Assembly (NCBI GenBank): GCA_020437385.1
Contig: JAGQWL010000049.1
Coordinates: 20,827 to 84,826, forward strand
Reading direction: 5' to 3'
Origin: Bacteroidota bacterium
GTDB taxonomy: Bacteria; Bacteroidota; Rhodothermia; Rhodothermales; JABDKH01
DNA length: 64,000 nucleotides
Part shown: positions 38,541 to 44,055 of the stretch, one piece after another
Position numbering within the stretch: the first letter of the stretch is position 1
Layout: each line of letters begins with the position of its first letter
Notes under the pieces: generated by a model
Databases searched by the model: none
Seen by the model: the letters and a program-made list of their open reading frames with translations, nothing else
What the model was told of the DNA's origin: nothing
Translations under genes and position numbers: made by a program

Positions 38541-40100
38541 CTACCTCGAGTTACCGGATGTCCACGGAGCGTTTCGTTCCCACTCGTCGACATCTCGCTG
38601 TTCGGACTGGACAAGCGGCTCGTCCAGATCCTGGGTAGCGGCGTCGTCGTCGGTTCCGGGCCCGACCTCCTGCGGCGGCGTGTCTCGTGCCCGCGGCGTG
38701 CCGGTGCTGCCTTCTTCGTTGTCGCGATTGACGTCAGCTGCAGCACGCTCGGACGGTTCGAGGGTCGGCGCTTCCGGAGACGAATCGACGCGCGTTTCGT
38801 CCGAGGCTGCTTGCGTGGTGTTGTCTTGCGCTTCGTTGGAGTCTGTCGGCGAGGTATCGTCTTGCGCTGCGTTCGAGTCTGACGGCGAGGTATCGACTTG
38901 CGCATCGTTCGACGCGGCTCGAACGGGATCGTCGGCCACATCTTCAGGTGTTGGCGGCGCAGGATCTTCGGCGACTTCGTCCGCACTTGTCCGTCGATTC
39001 GATTCAGCGGGACGTTCCTCGCGGGCGTGAATCGAAGCACCTGCGATCGCCCCTGCCGATGTGCTTGTTGGAGCAGCTATGCCACCCCTGTCGTCCGGCT
39101 GTTGCGGCTCGACCGGGCGTTGGGGCCGAAACGAATCCTCGATTCTCATGACAAGCACGCGGGCCTCGGACAACCCTGCAGTGCAGGTTTCGATTCCGTG
39201 TTTGATGTCGGCGAATTTTGCGAGGTCCGCGGTTTCAAGCAGACCGTGGATGTCTGTCACCACATCGTCAGGTACCGGAGAATCCGCGACATACTTTCGC
39301 ATGGAGACAATCAGCTCGTGCGTCGTCGACTCCAGTGCTGAAATATGCAGTCGCCTTTCGATGTAGGTTCGCACGATTTCGGATAGTTCGACGAAGTAGG
39401 GTTTGATCTCTTCTTGATCTTCGAGCTTCCACTTCTCGAGTGCAGCCAGTCTTCGATTCGCCTCGGCCAGCGGGCTCTCGACAGGGGCTGGCGGAGGTGG
39501 TCGGGGAGTCGGCCGTTGCACGACGATCTCCTTTGGCTTGCGACGCGAAAGCCATCGGTACAGAATGAAGGCGCCGACAAGTCCAACGGCAAGAATGATC
39601 CACGGAAGCGGTGAGCTCGGAAAGTCGGCGATGGGTGTGATGTCGCGCAGCGATTCTGCATCCGGAGTGAGAACGGACGAAACAAGGAGGTCGAAGGGAT
39701 CACTCTGGCGAGCAGTTTCCCGCTCCGGCGACTTGAACGCAACGGGTATCGATCCAACGACGGCGGTGTCGATGGCAAAGGTTGTTGCACGATAAACGAT
39801 CGTGTCAGCGAGCGGATAACGGTGGCCCACGCCGAGGAAGCGACGCCCCGACGATACGCGATCGAGGACGAGTGCGTCGCCGAATGCAGTGCCCTCCGGG
39901 CGCGGCTGGATCTCGGGAAACGCCACCGAGTCCGCCTGGGCGTGTTCCGCAACAACGATGAGTCGGAAGTGATCGCCGACGGTGATGGAGTCCTCCGCGA
40001 CGTAGGCGCGCACGAGCTGTGCCGACGCACCGTTCAGGGCGCCGGCAAACGCCATGAAGAGTGGCGCAAGCAGAAAGAGTCGGCTGTGAGGGCGCGGCAT
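38541..40100 (-). CDS. Membrane protein: BatD-N-like domain + TM + DUF4381-like segment + acidic repeat tail
   Basis: 519-aa ORF with a signal peptide and a periplasmic segment resembling the first BatD module (VRAYVAEDSITVGDHFRLIVVAEH). This is followed by a TM (LPWIILAVGLVGAFILYRWL) and a Pro-rich plus helical region of the kind found in DUF4381 proteins at this operon position. The final ~190 aa form a D/E/S/T-rich tail. Confidence 0.6.
   Translation of the reverse strand: MPRPHSRLFLLAPLFMAFAGALNGASAQLVRAYVAEDSITVGDHFRLIVVAEHAQADSVAFPEIQPRPEGTAFGDALVLDRVSSGRRFLGVGHRYPLADTIVYRATTFAIDTAVVGSIPVAFKSPERETARQSDPFDLLVSSVLTPDAESLRDITPIADFPSSPLPWIILAVGLVGAFILYRWLSRRKPKEIVVQRPTPRPPPPAPVESPLAEANRRLAALEKWKLEDQEEIKPYFVELSEIVRTYIERRLHISALESTTHELIVSMRKYVADSPVPDDVVTDIHGLLETADLAKFADIKHGIETCTAGLSEARVLVMRIEDSFRPQRPVEPQQPDDRGGIAAPTSTSAGAIAGASIHAREERPAESNRRTSADEVAEDPAPPTPEDVADDPVRAASNDAQVDTSPSDSNAAQDDTSPTDSNEAQDNTTQAASDETRVDSSPEAPTLEPSERAAADVNRDNEEGSTGTPRARDTPPQEVGPGTDDDAATQDLDEPLVQSEQRDVDEWERNAPWTSGNSR
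38823..38894. repeat. 36-bp tandem repeat x2 (plus a degenerate third copy to ~38918) inside the 38541..40100 gene
   Basis: The sequence gtcttgcgcttcgttggagtctgtcggcgaggtatc is followed by gtcttgcgctgcgttcgagtctgacggcgaggtatc, read directly. These encode DTSPTDSNEAQD / DTSPSDSNAAQD. Confidence 0.85.
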
Positions 40101-40104
40101 GTGC

Positions 40105-41010
40105 TCAGGCTTTGCTGCGGACGCGGAAGAAGTCTACGAGCGGTTCAAGGTAGCTTTCGTCTGTTCGGACGACGAGTCGGTCAATCTGGTTCTTTCGAAA
40201 TCGGGCCGTGAGTTCGCGCTGTTTGCGGTCGGCCTCATCGGCGAGCGCTTCCCGGACGCGGCGGCTTCCCGTGTCGACGACGACGGTTTCTCCGGATTCC
40301 GCATCCGTCAACTCGATGAGTCCGACGTTCGGCAGCGTCTCTTCACGTGGATCGATCAGGTGCACAACAACGGTGTCGTGTTTCTGCGACAGGGCTCTGA
40401 GCGGTTTCTCGAAATCGGTATCCATGAAGTCGCTCGCAATCATGACGATTGATCGACGCGACAGAACACGATGCAGATGATTGATTGCTGCGGCAATGTT
40501 CGTTCCGGTCGAACGCGGCTGATGCGCGTACAAATCCCGGATCAGTCGAAGTACGTGACGACGGCCTTTCCCGGGAGGGACGAAGAGTTCTATCTGATCC
40601 GAGAAGAGGAGCAATCCCACTTTGTCGCTGTTCTTGATGGCGCTGAAAGCGACGATCGCACAGATCTCCGCCGCAATTTCGCGTTTCAGCTTGGTGGCCG
40701 ATCCGAAGTTCTCGGAACCGGAGATGTCGACGGCGAGCATGACGGTCTGTTCACGCTCTTCGTCATACAGCTTGACGTACGGATCACCCATCCGCGCTGA
40801 CACGTTCCAGTCGATACTGCGGACATCATCACCGACCTGATACGGGCGTACTTCTGCGAACTCAATGCCCTGGCCCTTGAAGCGCGAATGGTATTCGCCC
40901 CCGAAGACGTTATTCACGAGACCTTTCGTTCGGATCTCGATCTGCCGGATTTTCTTGAAGAGTTCCTTGGGTATCATCGGGCGGGATGGACGCCAACGTT
41001 GCCGAGGCAA
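40105..41010 (-). CDS. DUF58 domain protein (VWA-like, MoxR-system partner)
   Basis: 301-aa ORF with the DUF58 core [43 protein letters not shown]. It is the first gene of the Bat-like operon. An alternative start is MIPKEL at 40977. Confidence 0.85.
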   Translation of the reverse strand: MPRQRWRPSRPMIPKELFKKIRQIEIRTKGLVNNVFGGEYHSRFKGQGIEFAEVRPYQVGDDVRSIDWNVSARMGDPYVKLYDEEREQTVMLAVDISGSENFGSATKLKREIAAEICAIVAFSAIKNSDKVGLLLFSDQIELFVPPGKGRRHVLRLIRDLYAHQPRSTGTNIAAAINHLHRVLSRRSIVMIASDFMDTDFEKPLRALSQKHDTVVVHLIDPREETLPNVGLIELTDAESGETVVVDTGSRRVREALADEADRKQRELTARFRKNQIDRLVVRTDESYLEPLVDFFRVRSKA

Positions 41011-41106
41011 GGTGGGAACAACGTTTCGGGCGTGAAATTTAGCATGTTCGTGGGGAAGAAATTATCGGATTCCCGTAGTTTCAGGGATCCAACAACACGT
41101 TCCGGT

Positions 41107-41814
41107 ATGGCGGTAAAGTTCGGGGTAATCGTATTTCCAGGGTCCAATTGCGACCACGACGCGTTTCACGCGATCAAGCACGTTCTTGGTGAGGAGGCGC
41201 GATTTATCTGGCACAAGGAAGAGAGTATCGGCGATTCTGACGTAATCATTGTACCCGGAGGGTTTTCCTACGGCGATTACCTCAGATCCGGTGCAATTGC
41301 GCGTTTTTCGCCCGTAATGCGGGATGTCGTCAAGTTTGCTGCGGACGGCGGCCTGGTGATGGGGATCTGCAACGGGTTCCAGATTCTTTGTGAGGCGGGG
41401 TTGCTTCCGGGTGCGCTGATGCGCAACACGTCCTTGCGATTTGTCTGCGACGACGTGAATCTGCGCGTAGAAACGACCAGCACGCCTTTCACGCATGGTC
41501 TGGATGAGGGTTCGCTGCTGCGCGTTTCGGTTGCGCACGGTGAGGGGAACTATTACGCCAGCGATCAGGAACTGGATGCCCTGGAGGCCAACGATCAGAT
41601 TGTTTTTCGCTACGTCGACGAGTCCGGCGTGTCGACCGCGTCTTCCAATCCGAACGGTTCGGCGCGTAATATCGCCGGGATCGTTAATACAAACCGAAAC
41701 GTATTGGGCATGATGCCGCATCCTGAGCGGCACGTTGAGGGGCTTCTGGGTTCCGCGGATGGGCTTTCGATCTTCGAGTCCGTGGTCAGGTCTTTTGCCG
41801 AGCTGTCCGTTTGA
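41107..41814 (+). CDS. purQ: Phosphoribosylformylglycinamidine synthase subunit PurQ (glutaminase)
   Basis: The track ORF 40888..41814 was trimmed to ATG 41107 ([16 protein letters not shown]), giving 235 aa. Motifs are [10 protein letters not shown], the nucleophile GICNGFQIL and MPHPER. Confidence 0.9.
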   Translation: MAVKFGVIVFPGSNCDHDAFHAIKHVLGEEARFIWHKEESIGDSDVIIVPGGFSYGDYLRSGAIARFSPVMRDVVKFAADGGLVMGICNGFQILCEAGLLPGALMRNTSLRFVCDDVNLRVETTSTPFTHGLDEGSLLRVSVAHGEGNYYASDQELDALEANDQIVFRYVDESGVSTASSNPNGSARNIAGIVNTNRNVLGMMPHPERHVEGLLGSADGLSIFESVVRSFAELSV

Positions 41815-41921
41815 ACCCGACACGGCCAGATCGCGTAGACGGTGCTCTTTGCATTCCTTCTTGTTCTGACGCGGTTCATTGGAACGTGCGTTGCAGCGTT
41901 CATTCAACAACCTGATGCCGC

Positions 41922-42542
41922 ATGTTGTCAGCAGCACCAATCACGACCTTTCTACTGGCGGTAAACGTTCTGGTTAGCCTTCACGCCCTGTTCGTGGATC
42001 CCGGCGCGTTGGATCGGTACGCGTTTCGGCCGGTTGAAATGCGGGAGCGCAAGGAGTGGTACCGAATGATCACCGGGGCGTTTCTGCACGCCAACCTGGT
42101 CCACCTGCTATTCAACATGATGACGCTGTACTTCTTCGGGCCATATCTGGAGGCGCGGCGTCTTGGTGAGTTGCCGTTTCTGGTCGTTTACTTCGGGTCC
42201 TTGTTGGCGGCGCACGCCTATGCGTACGTTCGGCATCGCAACGATCCGGATTATGCGGCTGTTGGGGCTTCCGGTGCGATTTCCGGAGTGTTGCTTTCTT
42301 TCTGTCTGTTCGAGCCGATGTCGCCGATCTACATCTTTCTGATCCCGGTTGGGATACCGGCGATTTTGTTTGCCGTTCTGTTTATCGCGTTTTCGAGTTA
42401 CGCTGTTCGGGATGCGGACCGGGGCGGCGGTGGTCGGATCGCGCACGACGCGCACCTCGGCGGTGCGATTGCGGGGCTCGTTCTGACGATTATTCTGTCG
42501 CCGAGTGTGCTGCGGATCTTCGTTGCGCAGCTCCCCTTTTGA
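41922..42542 (+). CDS. Rhomboid family intramembrane serine protease
   Basis: 206-aa ORF with six TM helices, the catalytic Ser motif GASGAISGV and the His motif HLGGAIAG. Confidence 0.85.
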   Translation: MLSAAPITTFLLAVNVLVSLHALFVDPGALDRYAFRPVEMRERKEWYRMITGAFLHANLVHLLFNMMTLYFFGPYLEARRLGELPFLVVYFGSLLAAHAYAYVRHRNDPDYAAVGASGAISGVLLSFCLFEPMSPIYIFLIPVGIPAILFAVLFIAFSSYAVRDADRGGGGRIAHDAHLGGAIAGLVLTIILSPSVLRIFVAQLPF

Positions 42543-42580
42543 ATCCGTTATTGCAGCCGGATCATTTCTTTGCGTTTGGT
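42543..42580 (+). terminator. Candidate intrinsic terminator of the rhomboid gene
   Basis: A 5-bp stem (ATCCG 42543-42547 / CGGAT 42558-42562) is followed by the T-rich tail CATTTCTTTGCGTTT. The stem is weak. Confidence 0.35.
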
Positions 42581-42604
42581 GAACTTTCGGCGCTAGTTCC
42601 GTTA

Positions 42605-42639
42605 TTGCTTGTATGGTGCATCTAAAAGAGGTACTTTGA
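42605..42639 (+). promoter_or_regulatory. Bacteroidota-type promoter-like motif (CTTG ... TACTTTG)
   Basis: TACTTTG at 42632-42638 fits the TAnnTTTG -7 element, with CTTG 20 nt upstream (42608-42611). This is a motif match only. Confidence 0.25.
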
Positions 42640-42737
42640 CGTGCCTCATGTTGCCTGATGCCGATACCACCACGTCGGTACTTCAGTCGCTCCTGATGGG
42701 CAATAAGTCCCGGCTCCGCACAGGCCGGGACTTTTAG
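42640..42737 (+). ncRNA. Candidate ~95-nt small RNA (or 29-codon micro-ORF transcript) ending in a strong terminator
   Basis: The unit is bounded by the promoter-like motif and the 10-bp terminator hairpin. Internal pairings can be drawn by hand: UGCCGA 42658-42663 with UCGGUA 42674-42679, and UUGCC 42651-42655 with GGCAA 42699-42703. It contains ATG 42648 to TAG 42735-42737 (MLPDADTTTSVLQSLLMGNKSRLRTGRDF). Confidence 0.3.
42705..42735 (+). terminator. Rho-independent terminator hairpin
   Basis: A perfect 10-bp stem (AAGTCCCGGC 42705-42714 / GCCGGGACTT 42724-42733) with a 9-nt loop is followed by a TTTT run (42632 numbering does not apply here; the Ts are at 42732-42735). Confidence 0.65.
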
Positions 42738-42874
42738 TCAGAATCAGCGCTACGAGGCCGCAAATCTCTCGAAAGCCCTGCATTTGCTCCAAATGCTTGA
42801 GAATGTGCAGAAACGGTGGACAAAGCGTGGACACTTCTGTGCAAACATTGTGGATCGAATGAGTCCTCCGTTTG

Positions 42875-42903
42875 TTGACCGCGGTCGCCCCTGCGGGTAT
42901 TAT
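42875..42903 (+). promoter_or_regulatory. Near-consensus sigma70-type promoter TTGACC-N17-TATTAT
   Basis: TTGACC lies at 42875-42880, the spacer is exactly 17 nt, and TATTAT lies at 42898-42903. That is 5/6 and 5/6 against TTGACA/TATAAT. TTTG at 42871-42874 plus TATTATTG also nearly fits the Bacteroidota -33/-7 pattern. The site is in a gene-free tract. Confidence 0.45.
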
Positions 42904-43199
42904 TGATCCGTGCCTTCGGGCACTGTTCCTTGACGCGACTGAAGGTCTCCAGGCTACATGAGGCTGACCATTTCACGACGACGGGTGCGGCCTGTCGTCG
43001 GTCTACCGAACATGATGATCTTACCGGGCGCGGCGGCTTGCCGTTGCGGTCCGAGGGGGAGTGATCGGTTTGGTGCGCCAGGTGGTTGTCTTGCCGCTTA
43101 GGCTGACGCCCCTTTGCGGTGAGTAGATCACCGGAGCCGGAACGTTCGTCACTTGTTTGACTCACGGCCGTCGGGACTCGTCCTGACACCGAGCTAGAT

Positions 43200-43262
43200 G
43201 GAATCGAGATTCTCGGAATCGGGGTTCTCGGAAACGAGATTCCTGGAAAAGAGATTCTTGAA
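43200..43262. repeat. Four tandem copies of a 15-bp unit GGAAWCGAGATTCTC
   Basis: Read directly: ggaatcgagattctc / ggaatcggggttctc / ggaaacgagattcct / ggaaaagagattctt / gaa. Across unit junctions, GATTC-TCG-GAATC can form 5-bp mini-hairpins. Confidence 0.85.
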
Positions 43263-43385
43263 ACCACTATCGCGAGCTGCTGAGTAAGCCGTGACAGATC
43301 TCCGGCTGGCTGGGTTCGCAACGCTGCTACGGTGGCGCTCGAATCGAGCAAGCACGCCAACACGTCAGTTCGACGATACAATCGG

Positions 43386-43470
43386 TCGACACCGACTCGC
43401 TTTTGAGAACGACTCTCTCACGAGATCGACTCTCTTGCGCGAGCACGAATCGACTTTTCATCGAACTCGT
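43386..43470. repeat. Degenerate direct repeats beginning CGACTC (units of 17, 17, 24 and 11 bp), each with an internal CTC...GAG inverted pair
   Basis: Read directly: cgactcgcttttgagaa / cgactctctcacgagat / cgactctcttgcgcgagcacgaat / cgacttttcat / cgaactcg. Confidence 0.6.
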
Positions 43471-44055
43471 TGTGAGCAGGAAGCATCACTCGAAAGAGGC
43501 GATCGCTTCGAAATGGTTGGAACGCCGCGGGTCGATGATCCAGCGGCGATAGGCGCGGTCCTGCTCGATTCGTCGGGCAGGCGGCGGCAAGGTGTGGTTT
43601 CGTAAAGGCTGACTTGTCAGCTTGAACGGAATCCGCCACTTGCAGCGGAAGCTTCGTTAAGTCGAAGCTGAATTGCGTCGGCACGACGAACGCGGCTACG
43701 GCCGTGTCTGGCGTGCTTAGCGAGCCGAGCACCGAAAGGTGCCGACGGCCCGACCAAGGTAGCTGGCTGCAATCACCGTGTGCCCATGCGGTGAACTACG
43801 GAAGGCTTTGCGCTCTCCGGGACATGCAGCCTCGTGGATCGACGACCCGGTCGACGGCTTGTCCGTCAGGTCGAATACGTCGATTCCGAAAACACGGAGA
43901 TCCGGCCTCCCAATGCCGGGTGCAATTCGCGAGATTGTGCTCGACAGGGAGGCCTCGTGTCGGGGGATTCCGGTCAGTGACCGGGCATCGTCAGGTCGAA
44001 GCCGTAGTGTACCCCGACCGTCGCCGGTTCAGCCGCCAGATCACGGCAACGCAAA

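Larger units (their letters stand above)
42910..43750 (+). ncRNA. Candidate large structured RNA of unknown class (extent uncertain)
   Basis: The predicted start coincides with the hairpin GUGCC-UUCG-GGCAC (42910-42923). Further plus-strand hairpins are: 42976-43000 (7 bp), 43117-43133, 43608-43621 (CUUG loop), 43650-43669 (7 bp) and 43724-43749 (GAAA loop). No coding-like ORF is present. The 3' end is not defined. Confidence 0.3.

Noticed and set aside
37553-39040. Long N-terminal extensions of track ORFs 37553..39040, 8294..9124, 29081..29557, 40888..41814, 62238..63731 and 53408..54094
   Set aside because: The extensions overlap neighbouring genes, are low-complexity, and precede internal start codons. 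Using the internal starts gives family-typical lengths and tight operon junctions. Features were trimmed accordingly.
42703-42735. RNase P RNA P4/CR-I-like string AAGUCCCGGCUCC
   Set aside because: The complementary strand lies only 9 nt downstream, so this is a local terminator hairpin. None of the other RNase P conserved regions (GAGGAAAGUCC context, ACAGAACCCGGCUUA) are present nearby.
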